Positions 1-8,795 are shown, counted from the stretch's first letter. The stretch is 64,000 nucleotides of DNA from Clostridia bacterium (GCA_017415805.1 JAFQEC010000038.1:1335-65334); one strand, 5' to 3'. Numbers and translations are program-made. The notes: generated by a model from the letters alone, not told the origin.

Positions 1-1118
1 TGCTCATTCAAATTGGGGGACTTGGCGTGATCACGGTCCTCTCGGGCTTGATGATGGCTTTGCACCGCAAAATGGGGCTGGGAGACCGCTTGCTGTTGCA
101 GGATGCCTTCAACCTCAATACGCTCTCGGGCCTTACCGAATTTCTCCGAAAGGTGATTTGCGGCACGCTGGTGATCGAGGGGATCGGGGCGCTTCTTTAT
201 ATGATGGTGTTCGTGCCCGAATACGGTGTGCGGGGCATCTGGATATCGGTCTTCACCGCGGTCTCGGCGTTTTGCAATGCGGGCATTGATATTCTTGCCG
301 AAAACAGTCTTTGCGATTATGTGTTCCACCCACTGATCAATGCCGTGACCTGCCTCTTGATCGTGCTCGGCGGCATCGGCTACATTGTGTGGTGGGACGT
401 GGTGCGCGTGCTGCGCGAGAGGCCCAAAAGGCCCTTTCGCCACCTTACGCTGCATAGCAAGATCGCAATTCTCGCTACGCTGGTGCTGATTTTTGCGGGC
501 GCGCTTGCCATTTTTGTGTTGGAGTACAACAATCCGCTTACCATGCAGGAGTATACGCTGCCGCAGCGCATCGGTGCTTCACTCTTTCAATCGGTCACCA
601 CGCGAACGGCGGGCTTTGCCACCCTCCCCCAGCAGGATCTCACGAACGGCACGGCGCTGGTCTCGATGCTTCTGATGTTCATCGGCGGCTCGCCCGTGGG
701 TACCGCGGGCGGCATCAAGACCGTCACGGTGGTGGTCCTGATCGCCTCGGCGATCGCCACGGTGAAGGGCAGGGACGAGGTCACGCTGCTGCATCGCAAT
801 CTGTCCAAGCAGGCCTTGCGCAAGGCAACAGCCGTAACGGTGCTCTCGTTCGGCATTGCATTTCTTTGTGCGCTTTTGCTCTCGGTCGTGACCGACGCGG
901 GGCTGTTGGATGTTCTGTATGAGAGCGTCAGCGCCGTGGCGACCGTGGGCCTCACGCGTGGGCTCACGCCCCTTCTGAACACGGCGGGCAAGCTGACCGT
1001 CATCGCGACGATGTATCTTGGCCGCGTGGGGCCGATCTCACTTGCCATTGCTCTGAACACCAAAAAAGAGAGTGGAAACAGCATCAAAAATCCCACTGAG
1101 GAGATCAGCGTGGGATGA
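1..1118 (+). CDS. ktrB: TrkH/KtrB-family K+ uptake membrane subunit (5' end lies off-window)
   Basis: The frame is open from base 3. It translates as LIQIGGLGVITVLSG..., with a GGLG pore-loop-like motif and many hydrophobic segments. The track ORF at 27 starts at an internal GTG. Confidence 0.85.
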   Translation, partial: LIQIGGLGVITVLSGLMMALHRKMGLGDRLLLQDAFNLNTLSGLTEFLRKVICGTLVIEGIGALLYMMVFVPEYGVRGIWISVFTAVSAFCNAGIDILAENSLCDYVFHPLINAVTCLLIVLGGIGYIVWWDVVRVLRERPKRPFRHLTLHSKIAILATLVLIFAGALAIFVLEYNNPLTMQEYTLPQRIGASLFQSVTTRTAGFATLPQQDLTNGTALVSMLLMFIGGSPVGTAGGIKTVTVVVLIASAIATVKGRDEVTLLHRNLSKQALRKATAVTVLSFGIAFLCALLLSVVTDAGLLDVLYESVSAVATVGLTRGLTPLLNTAGKLTVIATMYLGRVGPISLAIALNTKKESGNSIKNPTEEISVG

Positions 1119-1134
1119 GAGAGGAGAATCTTGT

Positions 1135-1785
1135 ATGAGTATTCGTAAAAATTATGCCGTGTTTGGCCTTGGCCGATACGGAACGGCGGTGGCCACCGAG
1201 CTTGTGCACAGCGGAGCCGAGGTGCTTGCCGTGGATATAAGGGAGTCCGTGGTCAATGCCGCGGCGACCGAGCTGCCCGTTTGCAAATGCGCCGACGTGA
1301 CCGACCGCGAGGTCATCCGCCAGCTCGGGATCGCCAATATGGATGTGGTGGTCATTGCGATGGCAAGCAATTTGGAGGCCGGCGTGCTGGCAACCATGCT
1401 GTGCAAGGAGATCGGCGTCAAGACCGTGGTCGTCAAGTGCGCCAACGAAATGCACCGCAAGATCCTCGGCCGCGTGGGCGCGGATCGGGTGGTATTTCCC
1501 GAGAGCGAATCGGGCGCGCGCCTGGCCAAGAATCTGCTTTCCTCGGGCTTTGTGGACATCATTGATCTGTCGGGCGACGTTTCAATGATCGAGCTTGAGG
1601 TGCGGCCCGAATGGCAGGGCAAGACCTTGCAGGAGCTGGATCTGCGGCGCAAGCTCTCGATCAACGTGGTGGCGATCCGCGAGGGTGATGCCGTCCGTAT
1701 CGACATCGACCCCACGCGCCCTCTCACAGCGCAGATGCAGCTGATCGTGATCGCGCATACGGCAAAGCTCGGCAAGTGGAAATAA
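1135..1785 (+). CDS. ktrA: KtrA/TrkA-family K+ uptake regulatory subunit (RCK N and C domains)
   Basis: Begins MSIRKNYAVFGLGRYGTAVATELVHSGAEVLAVD, a Rossmann GxGxxG motif. ATG at 1135 follows RBS gagaggaga. The upstream in-frame M at 1072 overlaps ktrB. Confidence 0.9.
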   Translation: MSIRKNYAVFGLGRYGTAVATELVHSGAEVLAVDIRESVVNAAATELPVCKCADVTDREVIRQLGIANMDVVVIAMASNLEAGVLATMLCKEIGVKTVVVKCANEMHRKILGRVGADRVVFPESESGARLAKNLLSSGFVDIIDLSGDVSMIELEVRPEWQGKTLQELDLRRKLSINVVAIREGDAVRIDIDPTRPLTAQMQLIVIAHTAKLGKWK

Positions 1786-1798
1786 AAAGGAATAGGAG

Positions 1799-1829
1799 GT
1801 GGCGGCGAGAATTTCGCCGCCGCTTTTTC
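1799..1829 (+). terminator. Intrinsic terminator after ktrA
   Basis: Hairpin GGCGGCGA-gaatt-TCGCCGCC followed by GCTTTTT. Confidence 0.75.
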
Positions 1830-1858
1830 GCGAACCCTTATATTTCACGCGCATCGGC

Positions 1859-1887
1859 TTGACAAGCATATAAAAAAGTGCTATAAT
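1859..1887 (+). promoter_or_regulatory. Consensus sigma-A promoter for the CNNM-CNNM-regulator operon
   Basis: TTGACA (1859-1864), 17-nt spacer, TATAAT (1882-1887). Confidence 0.7.
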
Positions 1888-1933
1888 CATCATACTTATA
1901 TTTATTAAATAGGCAAGGAGTTGATTTTTCCTC

Positions 1934-3271
1934 ATGGGAGATGGCAGTAGTATACCTTTATGGCTCGCGTTTATCGCATGTGTTATATTAGGTGCATATT
2001 TTGCCGCAACCGAAAGCTCGTTTTCGGCAGTCAACAAGATCAAGGTCAAGACCCTCGCGGATGACGGAGACCGTCGCGCAAAGGGCGTTTTGTACATCCT
2101 CAACCACTTTGAAAAGGCGCTGACCACGCTGCTGGTGGGCAACAACATCACGAAGATCGCGGGCGCATCAGTCTTTACCATTATTGCGACTCAGTTCTTC
2201 AAAAACGCGGGAAAGAGTGACGATTTCATCAATTCGTTCGCCTTCTCGATCGGGTGCAGTGCGGTGAGCACGGCGATCATCTTCCTCTTTAGCGAGATGA
2301 TCCCCAAGAGCTTTGCCAACGACCGCAGTCAGAGCGTTTCGGCCTTTTTCCAGGGCTCGTTGCGCCTGCTGATGCGCGTGCTTACACCCGTTTCGGCTGT
2401 GTTCGGCCTGGTCTCCAACGGTGCCTCGCGCCTGTTCGGCGGCAAGGAGGAGCCCTCGATCACCGAGGATGAGCTCTTAGAGATCCTGGATACCGTTGAG
2501 GAGGAGGGCGTCGTGGACGAGGAGCAGGGCGACATGCTCAAATCCGCGCTGGAGTTTGGCGATACCACGGTGGGCGACATCATGACGATGGCGCGTGATA
2601 TGGAGGCACTGAACGTGGCCTCGACCACCGAGCAGATCCTGGCGGTCATCCGCGCCACCAATTATTCGCGTATTCCCGTCTATGCGGGAACGCCCGACCG
2701 CATCATCGGCACGCTTCGCACCCGCAAATATCTGGCAGAGCACAGGCGCAACCCGAGCGTGAAGCTGCGCACGCTGCTCTCCAAGCCGCATTTTGTGCAT
2801 GAGGATGCCAAGATCGACGACCTGCTGAATGAAATGCGTCAGCACAAGAACCATATGGCCCTTGTGCGCGATGAGGATAAAAGGATACTCGGCCTTGTTA
2901 CCATTGAGGATATCCTGGAGGAGCTGGTGGGCGAGATCTTTGACGAGGAAGACGTCGTGGATCAGAACTTCCAGGCCCTTGGCGGAAACAAATACCGCGT
3001 CAATACGCATATGCTCATGGGCAACCTGTACGAGCGTATCGGCCTTTCGGCCGCACCCCGTGCCGTTGCCGCCAAGCCCCTGCTTTCCCTGATGCTGGAG
3101 ACGGTCGGCCGCCTGCCTGCCGAGGAGGAAAGCTTCCTTTACGACTGCCTGGAGATCACGGTCGAGACCGTGGAGGACGGGCGTCCCACCTTCGTGCTGG
3201 TGCACAGCCTTGATGACGAGGAGCTGGCCGCACGTCTGGCCGCGGATGCGGCAGGGGAGGTGGAAGGATGA
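1934..3271 (+). CDS. CNNM/CorC/HlyC-family transporter (DUF21 membrane domain, CBS pair, CorC_HlyC C-terminal domain)
   Basis: 445 aa. Hydrophobic N-terminal domain, then ITEDELLEILDTVEEEGVVDEEQGDMLKSALEFGDTTVGDIMT typical of the DUF21-CBS linker, then a C-terminal CorC-like domain. Confidence 0.85.
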   Translation: MGDGSSIPLWLAFIACVILGAYFAATESSFSAVNKIKVKTLADDGDRRAKGVLYILNHFEKALTTLLVGNNITKIAGASVFTIIATQFFKNAGKSDDFINSFAFSIGCSAVSTAIIFLFSEMIPKSFANDRSQSVSAFFQGSLRLLMRVLTPVSAVFGLVSNGASRLFGGKEEPSITEDELLEILDTVEEEGVVDEEQGDMLKSALEFGDTTVGDIMTMARDMEALNVASTTEQILAVIRATNYSRIPVYAGTPDRIIGTLRTRKYLAEHRRNPSVKLRTLLSKPHFVHEDAKIDDLLNEMRQHKNHMALVRDEDKRILGLVTIEDILEELVGEIFDEEDVVDQNFQALGGNKYRVNTHMLMGNLYERIGLSAAPRAVAAKPLLSLMLETVGRLPAEEESFLYDCLEITVETVEDGRPTFVLVHSLDDEELAARLAADAAGEVEG

Positions 3272-4548
3272 CCTGGGCTTATATCGTAATTGCCGTGATG
3301 GTATGCCTGTCGGCGTACTTCTCGGCCTCTGAGATCGCCTTCAACACCTCGAACAAGATGCGTCTGCGCCGTGCCGCTGAGAACGGCTCAAAGACCGCGG
3401 CGCTCGCGTATGCGATCTCCGAAAAATTCACCACCGCACTCTCGACCATTCTCATTGGCAACAACCTTGCCAACATCGCGGTCTCGACCTGCACCACGCT
3501 GATCGTGCTGCAGCTCTTTCCCGAGAACGTGGGTGTCGCATCCACGCTTGCAACGATTCTTGTCACTGTGGTGATCCTGATCTGCGGTGAGATCGTGCCC
3601 AAGGTGCTGGCCAAGCAGCACGCCGATACGGTGGTGCGCTGGGTCGCGATCCCGACGCGCATCCTGACCGTTATTTTGAGCCCGCTGGTGGGCATCGTGA
3701 TGGCGCTGCTCTTTGTGCTGCGCAAGCTCTGGGGCAAGGATCGCTCCGAGGGTGACCCCACCGTCACCGAGGAGGAGCTGGTGTCGATCATCGACACCGT
3801 CGAGGAGGAGGGCGTCATTGACGAGGATCAGGGCGAGCTGCTGCAATCCACACTGGAGTTCCCCGATACCACGATCGAGGAGATCATGACCCCCCGTATC
3901 GATATGACCGCGATCGACATCGACGACGAGGAGGAGAAGCTCCTTGCCACCCTCTCGGACGCCGCGCAATTCTCGCGCTTGCCCGTATATGAGGACAGCA
4001 TTGACAACATCATCGGTGTGCTTTCGCTCACGCGCTACTACAAAGCAACGCTGGATGAGGAAAAGCCCGACATCCGTTCGCTGATGCTGAGACCCTGCAA
4101 GCTCCATAAGACCATGAAGCTCCCTGCCGCGCTCGCACATCTGCGCGAGCAGAAGGTGCATCTGGCCATCGTGATTGACGAGTTCGGCGGCACGCTGGGC
4201 GTTGTGACCATGGAGGATATTCTCGAGGAGCTGGTGGGTGACATCTGGGATGACACCGACGTGATCGTGAACGAGTGTGTCGCCACGGGCGAGAACACCT
4301 ATGAGGTCACGGGCGACATGAATATTGAGGATTGCTTTGAGGAGATCGGCTTCCACGCCCCCGAGGATTTTACCTGTGAGTATATCACGATGGGCGGCTG
4401 GGCGATCGAGATGCTCGAGGCAGATCCCCATGTGGGTGACAGCTTCAGCTACCAAAATCTCTTTATCATCGTTGCGGGAATGGACGAGGAGCGTGTCACC
4501 ACGCTGACCGTGCACATCGAGCCGCAGCCCGAGGAAGAGAAAGAATAA
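3268..4548 (+). CDS. Second CNNM/CorC/HlyC-family transporter (tandem paralog)
   Basis: 426 aa. ATGA overlap with the upstream gene. Same architecture, with VTEEELVSIIDTVEEEGVIDEDQGELLQSTLEFPDTTIEEIMTPR. Confidence 0.85.
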   Translation: MTWAYIVIAVMVCLSAYFSASEIAFNTSNKMRLRRAAENGSKTAALAYAISEKFTTALSTILIGNNLANIAVSTCTTLIVLQLFPENVGVASTLATILVTVVILICGEIVPKVLAKQHADTVVRWVAIPTRILTVILSPLVGIVMALLFVLRKLWGKDRSEGDPTVTEEELVSIIDTVEEEGVIDEDQGELLQSTLEFPDTTIEEIMTPRIDMTAIDIDDEEEKLLATLSDAAQFSRLPVYEDSIDNIIGVLSLTRYYKATLDEEKPDIRSLMLRPCKLHKTMKLPAALAHLREQKVHLAIVIDEFGGTLGVVTMEDILEELVGDIWDDTDVIVNECVATGENTYEVTGDMNIEDCFEEIGFHAPEDFTCEYITMGGWAIEMLEADPHVGDSFSYQNLFIIVAGMDEERVTTLTVHIEPQPEEEKE

Positions 4549-4572
4549 CGCCTAAGGGAAGGGGGAGAACCG

Positions 4573-4947
4573 ATGACCGTTCATGAATCGGGAGAAAATT
4601 ATCTCGAGCAGATCCTGATGCTTTCAGGGCAAAAGGAAAAGGTGCGTGCCGTGGATATTTGCGCGGCGCTGGGGTTCTCGCGCCCGACCGTCAGCGTGAT
4701 GCTGCGTGAGCTGCGCGCAGGAGGATTTGTGACCGTGCACGAGCACGGCGGTATCGTGCTCACCCCTGCGGGAGAGGAGATCGCGCGCCGCATGTACGAG
4801 CGGCACTGCCTGATCGCCGACGTTCTGATGGCGCTGGGCGTATCGCGCGAGACGGCGCTTGCCGATGCGTGCAAGATCGAGCACGACCTGAGCGAGGAGA
4901 CCTTCGATTGCATCAAGCGCTACCGCGAGAGCTTGCAGCAAAAGTAA
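4573..4947 (+). CDS. DtxR/MntR-family metal-dependent transcriptional regulator (short form, no SH3-like domain)
   Basis: 124 aa. ENYLEQILML...VRAVDICAALGFSRPTVSVMLRELRAGGF winged-HTH region, then a metal-site/dimerisation helix region (ERHCLIADVL...KIEHDLSEE). RBS gggggaga. Confidence 0.8.
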   Translation: MTVHESGENYLEQILMLSGQKEKVRAVDICAALGFSRPTVSVMLRELRAGGFVTVHEHGGIVLTPAGEEIARRMYERHCLIADVLMALGVSRETALADACKIEHDLSEETFDCIKRYRESLQQK

Positions 4948-4990
4948 CACCGCGGAATTTCCCTCTTTGGAAGATGAGGAATATCAACAA

Positions 4991-5027
4991 AACGGGCGAA
5001 TACGGTTACCGTATTCGCCCGTTTGCT
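4991..5027 (+). terminator. Hairpin terminator after the regulator gene
   Basis: Perfect 15-bp stem AACGGGCGAATACGG-tta-CCGTATTCGCCCGTT followed by TGCT. The U-tract is weak. Confidence 0.6.
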
Positions 5028-5211
5028 ATGGCGGAGAGAGTGGGACGGCTACGCCTATTCGTTCCCGACGCCCTTGGCGTCGGTGCAAGATGCCTTGTAG
5101 GGATTGGCGTCCTCGACAGTCCGTGAAACAAACACGCCTCATTCGTAATGTGTGCCGCATCTTGCCGCTTGCGCCCATACGCTCGCGGTTCTCATCCCCC
5201 ATCTCTCCGCC
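5028..5211 (-). other. About 183-nt structured element whose two ends copy the 5' and 3' ends of the adjacent tRNA-Ser; its interior contains REP-like hairpins
   Basis: On the minus strand it reads GGCGGAGAGATG...GTCCCACTCTCTCCGCCA. Nineteen nt (TATGGCGGAGAGAGTGGGA, plus strand) are identical at 5027-5045 and 5247-5265. CGGAGAGATG matches the tRNA 5' end. Internal stems include GCAAGATGC/GCATCTTGC and CCGACGCC/GGCGTCGG. Confidence 0.5.
5096..5125 (+). repeat. GTAG-headed REP-like palindromic unit
   Basis: tGTAGGGATTGgcgtcctcgaCAGTCCgtg matches the unit at 8959-8988 at 25 of 30 positions. The differences in the stem keep base pairing (C:G to T:A, C:G to T:G). Confidence 0.6.
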
Positions 5212-5216
5212 GTAAC

Positions 5217-5243
5217 GAAAAAGGGCACCCATTCGGGTGCCCT
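5217..5243 (-). terminator. Terminator of tRNA-Ser
   Basis: Minus strand has GGGCACCC-gaat-GGGTGCCC followed by TTTTT. Confidence 0.75.
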
Positions 5244-5248
5244 CGTTA

Positions 5249-5337
5249 TGGCGGAGAGAGTGGGATTCGAACCCACGGTCCCTTGCGGGATCACTGGTTT
5301 TCAAGACCAGCTCCTTAAACCACTCGGACATCTCTCC
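5249..5337 (-). tRNA. tRNA-Ser (anticodon UGA), CCA encoded
   Basis: Reverse complement is GGAGAGATGTCCGAGTGGTTTAAGGAGCTGGTCTTGAAAACCAG...GTGGGTTCGAATCCCACTCTCTCCGCCA. Anticodon loop is CTTGAAA. It has a long variable arm and a canonical T-loop. Confidence 0.95.
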
Positions 5338-5373
5338 GTATTGCGGATCTTGTGACGTGCATTCACAAGGTGT

Positions 5374-5402
5374 ATTGTATCAAATTCGGGTGTGCTTGTC
5401 AA
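5374..5402 (-). promoter_or_regulatory. Promoter of tRNA-Ser
   Basis: Minus strand TTGACA (5402-5397), 17-nt spacer, TACAAT (5379-5374). Confidence 0.65.
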
Positions 5403-5460
5403 GGTATATTGCGCTGATTTTCATTTATAAAAATAATACGCAAAAAATTGCAAATCCCTC

Positions 5461-5489
5461 TTGCTTTTTTTGCGCAACTGTGGTACAAT
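5461..5489 (+). promoter_or_regulatory. Promoter of secG
   Basis: TTGCTT, 17-nt spacer, TACAAT with an upstream TG (tgTGgTACAAT). Confidence 0.5.
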
Positions 5490-5554
5490 GGTAAGGCTAA
5501 TGTATATTCCGCGCTCGCGCGGCGCGTGATTCTTTGATTTTGGAGGGTAAAGCA

Positions 5555-5812
5555 ATGCAAGCAATTGAATGGGTTATGGGCATCGCTCTGATCGTTATGG
5601 CGGTGTTTTTGGTGGTCGTGGTTCTGATGCAGTCGGGCAAGGACAAGCGTCTCTCGGGCACGATCGCAGGCGGTGCGGACACGTATTTTGGCAAGGGCAA
5701 GGGCCGTTCGCGTGACAAGCTTCTTGCACGCCTTACCACGGTCATGGCCATCGCTTTTGCGGCCTTGGCTGTTGCCACCTACATCGTAATTGCAAAGAAG
5801 TATGTCGGCTGA
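5555..5812 (+). CDS. secG: Preprotein translocase subunit SecG
   Basis: MQAIEWVMGIALIVMAVFLVVVVLMQSGKDKRLSGTIAGGADTYFG... is a two-TM SecG pattern with the LMQ-GK-GL-G signature. ATG at 5555 follows GGAGGG. Confidence 0.85.
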   Translation: MQAIEWVMGIALIVMAVFLVVVVLMQSGKDKRLSGTIAGGADTYFGKGKGRSRDKLLARLTTVMAIAFAALAVATYIVIAKKYVG

Positions 5813-5825
5813 TCATACGCCGAGC

Positions 5826-5861
5826 AAGGGCGCGCCCATCGGGCGCGCCCTTATTTTAATT
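5826..5861 (+). terminator. Terminator after secG
   Basis: AAGGGCGCGCCC-atc-GGGCGCGCCCTT followed by ATTTTAATT. Confidence 0.8.
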
Positions 5862-5978
5862 ATAGCCATTGGGAGCACCGCCAAAAATCAGCCGCTTACT
5901 GGATGCGGTCGCGATCGCGACGAAAAACCGACAAATTGTGAACGCTTTTTTTGTGCATTATTTTCCGTCGATAAGCCC

Positions 5979-6007
5979 TTTACAAATCGGCTATATTGTG
6001 GTATACT
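5979..6007 (+). promoter_or_regulatory. Promoter of nrdDG
   Basis: TTTACA, 17-nt spacer, TATACT with an extended TG. Confidence 0.55.
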
Positions 6008-6034
6008 ATATCCGCACGCCACAAGATATTGTGG
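5986..6034 (+). promoter_or_regulatory. Putative tandem NrdR boxes overlapping the nrdD promoter
   Basis: CCACAAGATATTGTGG (6019-6034) fits the remembered NrdR consensus acaCwAtATaTwGtgt at about 13 of 16 positions. A weaker box at 5986-6001 shares ATATTGTGG, 33 bp upstream. Confidence 0.45.
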
Positions 6035-6091
6035 CAAGATTTGGGTTTTAACCGAAAATGTCGTGTAAATGTGTGTGAATGGAGGAAGAGA

Positions 6092-8275
6092 ATGAAGATC
6101 ATTAAGAGAAACGGCTCCGAGGTGACGTTTGACCGCGAGAAGATCTGCCGCGCGATTGAGAAGGCAAACGAGAGCGGCGATGGGCGCCCCGAGCTGACGC
6201 AGCGCCAGATCGATTACATTTCTTTTGTTATCGAGGACTATTGCAACGAGATCGGCCGTGCGCTGTCGGTGGAGGAGATCCAGGAGCTGGTCGAGACGCT
6301 CATCATACAGCAAAACGCGCCCGAGACGGCAAAGCGCTATATCCGCTATCGCTTTACGCGCAATCTGGCGCGCAGAGCCAACACCACCGACGAGAATATC
6401 CTGTCGCTGATCGAGTGCAACAACGAGGAGGTCAAGCAGGAGAACTCCAACAAAAACCCCACGGTGAACAGCGTCCAGCGTGACTATATGGCGGGCGAGG
6501 TCTCCAAGGATCTGACGCGCCGCGTGCTGTTGCCCGAGGACATCGTCAAGGCGCACGAGGACGGCATCATCCATTTCCACGATGCCGATTATTTCGCACA
6601 GCACATGCACAACTGCGATCTGGTCAATCTCGAGGACATGCTGCAAAACGGCACGGTCATCAGCGGTACGCTGATCGAGAAGCCCCACAGCTTCTCCACC
6701 GCGTGCAACATCGCCACGCAGATCATCGCGCAGGTCGCCTCGAACCAGTACGGCGGCCAGAGCATTTCGCTGACGCACCTCGCGCCCTTCGTGCAGATCT
6801 CGCGCGAGAAGATCGCCCGTCAGGTGCGCGCCGAGATGGAGCGCGTCGGGGTCGATCCCGGCGAGGAGAAGATGGCCGAGATCGTGGAGGAGCGCCTTTT
6901 GGAGGAGATCCGCCGCGGCGTGCAGACCATTCAGTATCAGGTCGTCACGCTGCTCACCACCAACGGACAGGCCCCCTTCGTGACGGTGTTCATGTATCTT
7001 GGCGAGGCGAAGGACCCGCAGCTCAAGCACGACCTTGCACTCATCATCCGTGAGGTGCTGGAGCAGCGCTGCCGCGGCGTGAAGAACGAGGCGGGCGTGT
7101 ATGTGACCCCCGCATTCCCCAAGCTCATCTACGTGCTGGAGGAGGACAACATTCACGAGGACTCCCCCTATTGGGATCTGACCTGCCTTGCCGCCAAGTG
7201 CACGGCAAAGCGCATGGTGCCCGACTATATCTCCGAGAAGATGATGCTCAAATTGAAGGTGGACAGCAACGGCGACGGCCAGTGCTACACCTGCATGGGC
7301 TGCCGCAGCTTCCTCACCCCTTACGTGGATGAGAACGGCAAGCCCAAGTACTACGGCCGCTTCAACCAGGGTGTGGTCACCATCAATCTGGTGGACGTGG
7401 CCTGCACCGCTTGCCAGGACGGCCGCGACCGCGAGCGCTTCTGGCAGGTGCTGGACGAGCGTCTGGAGCTCTGCCACCGCGCACTCAAGTGCCGCCACGA
7501 GCGCCTGGAGGGGACCCTGTCGGATGCCGCGCCCATTCTGTGGCAGTACGGTGCACTTGCGCGCCTTGGCAAGGGCGAGCCCATCACCAAGCTCTTGCAC
7601 GGCGGTTATTCTACCATTTCGCTGGGTTACGCGGGCCTTTGGGAGTGCGTCTATGCCGTGCTTGGCAAGAAGCTGACCGACCCCGAGGGCGAGGCCTTTG
7701 GTCTTGAGATCATGCAGCGCCTCAACGATGCCTGCAAGGGCTGGAAGGAGGCCGAGAACATCCACTACTCGCTCTACGGCACGCCCCTGGAGTCCACCAC
7801 CTACAAGTTCGCCAAGTGCTTGCAGAAGCGCTTTGGCAAGATCCCGGGTGTGACCGACAAGAGCTATATCACCAACTCCTATCACGTGCACGTGACCGAG
7901 CCCATCGATGCCTTTGACAAGCTCGCGTTTGAGGCCAAGTTCCAGGAGCTCTCGCCCGGCGGCGCGATCAGCTACGTGGAGGTGCCCAACATGCAGGACA
8001 ACCTCGACGCTGTGCTGGAGGTCATGAAGTTCATCTACGATAACATCATGTATGCCGAGCTCAACACCAAGAGCGACTACTGCCAGGTTTGCGGCTTTGA
8101 CGGCGAGATCCAGGTCGTGGAGGAGGACGGCAAGCTTGTTTGGGAGTGCCCGAACTGCGGCAACCGCGACCAGAACAAGATGAACGTGGCGCGCCGTACC
8201 TGCGGCTACATCGGCTCGCAGTACTGGAATCAGGGACGCACGCAGGAGATCAAGGAGCGCGTCCTGCACCTGTGA
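6092..8275 (+). CDS. nrdD: Anaerobic ribonucleoside-triphosphate reductase (class III RNR)
   Basis: MKIIKRNGSEVTFDREKI is an ATP-cone N-terminus. The C-terminal Zn-ribbon CQVCG...CPNCG and glycyl-radical region RRTCGYIG are present. ATG at 6092 follows GGAGGAAG. Confidence 0.95.
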   Translation: MKIIKRNGSEVTFDREKICRAIEKANESGDGRPELTQRQIDYISFVIEDYCNEIGRALSVEEIQELVETLIIQQNAPETAKRYIRYRFTRNLARRANTTDENILSLIECNNEEVKQENSNKNPTVNSVQRDYMAGEVSKDLTRRVLLPEDIVKAHEDGIIHFHDADYFAQHMHNCDLVNLEDMLQNGTVISGTLIEKPHSFSTACNIATQIIAQVASNQYGGQSISLTHLAPFVQISREKIARQVRAEMERVGVDPGEEKMAEIVEERLLEEIRRGVQTIQYQVVTLLTTNGQAPFVTVFMYLGEAKDPQLKHDLALIIREVLEQRCRGVKNEAGVYVTPAFPKLIYVLEEDNIHEDSPYWDLTCLAAKCTAKRMVPDYISEKMMLKLKVDSNGDGQCYTCMGCRSFLTPYVDENGKPKYYGRFNQGVVTINLVDVACTACQDGRDRERFWQVLDERLELCHRALKCRHERLEGTLSDAAPILWQYGALARLGKGEPITKLLHGGYSTISLGYAGLWECVYAVLGKKLTDPEGEAFGLEIMQRLNDACKGWKEAENIHYSLYGTPLESTTYKFAKCLQKRFGKIPGVTDKSYITNSYHVHVTEPIDAFDKLAFEAKFQELSPGGAISYVEVPNMQDNLDAVLEVMKFIYDNIMYAELNTKSDYCQVCGFDGEIQVVEEDGKLVWECPNCGNRDQNKMNVARRTCGYIGSQYWNQGRTQEIKERVLHL

Positions 8276-8276
8276 T

Positions 8277-8795
8277 ATGAATTACGCCACCATCAAAAAG
8301 CGCGATATTGCCGACGGCCCCGGTGTGCGGGTGTCACTCTTCGTTTCGGGGTGCACCCACCGCTGCCCGGGGTGCTTCAACGCCGTCACGTGGGATTTCG
8401 ACTACGGCGAGCCCTTTACGCCCGCGGTCGAGGATCTCATCCTCGAGTATCTCGCGCCCGATTACGTGAACGGCCTCACGCTCCTTGGCGGCGAGCCGTT
8501 TGAGCCGCAGAATCAGCGTGCGCTGCTGCCGTTTTTGCGCCGTGTGCGCGCCGCGTATCCCCAAAAGACGATCTGGTGCTACAGCGGCTACACGTTGGAG
8601 CAGCTCACGGGCGAGAGCCGCGCGCGGTGCGAGACCACCGACGAGATGCTTTCGCTCCTCGACGTGCTTGTGGACGGTCGCTTCGTGCAAGAGAAAAAGA
8701 ATATCCGATTGCGCTTTCGCGGATCGGAAAACCAGCGCCTGATTGACCTCAACCAAACGCGTGCCACGGGAAAGATCGTCCTGTGGGATGCGTGA
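8277..8795 (+). CDS. nrdG: Anaerobic RNR activating radical-SAM protein
   Basis: DGPGVRVSLFVSGCTHRCPGCFN contains the CxxxCxxC cluster. The gene sits immediately after nrdD. Confidence 0.95.
   Translation: MNYATIKKRDIADGPGVRVSLFVSGCTHRCPGCFNAVTWDFDYGEPFTPAVEDLILEYLAPDYVNGLTLLGGEPFEPQNQRALLPFLRRVRAAYPQKTIWCYSGYTLEQLTGESRARCETTDEMLSLLDVLVDGRFVQEKKNIRLRFRGSENQRLIDLNQTRATGKIVLWDA

Noticed and set aside
5028-5211. Considered whether the structured element next to tRNA-Ser is SRP RNA, 6S RNA or tmRNA.
   Set aside because: I could not find the SRP domain IV motif (GGAAGCAGCC-like). There is no tmRNA tag ORF or T-arm. The 6S features (large central bubble) are not evident, and a terminator separates the element from the only nearby promoter. 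It is kept as an unclassified element.
5813-6091. Checked the nrdD upstream region for a cobalamin riboswitch.
   Set aside because: The leader is only about 85 nt after the predicted promoter and lacks a B12-box-like core. NrdR-type boxes explain the conserved palindrome better.
5888-8269. 793-aa ORF antisense to nrdD. Similar long antisense ORFs occur at 21739-23484, 27303-29357, 33117-34580, 36692-38428, 47502-49535 and 53371-55485 (all minus strand), and at 13727-14851 and 19621-20952 (plus strand).
   Set aside because: Each lies opposite a gene with clear family motifs. Their translations are low-complexity and Arg/Ala/Gly/His-rich, as expected for stop-poor antisense frames in GC-rich DNA. 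None has an RBS or a recognisable motif.
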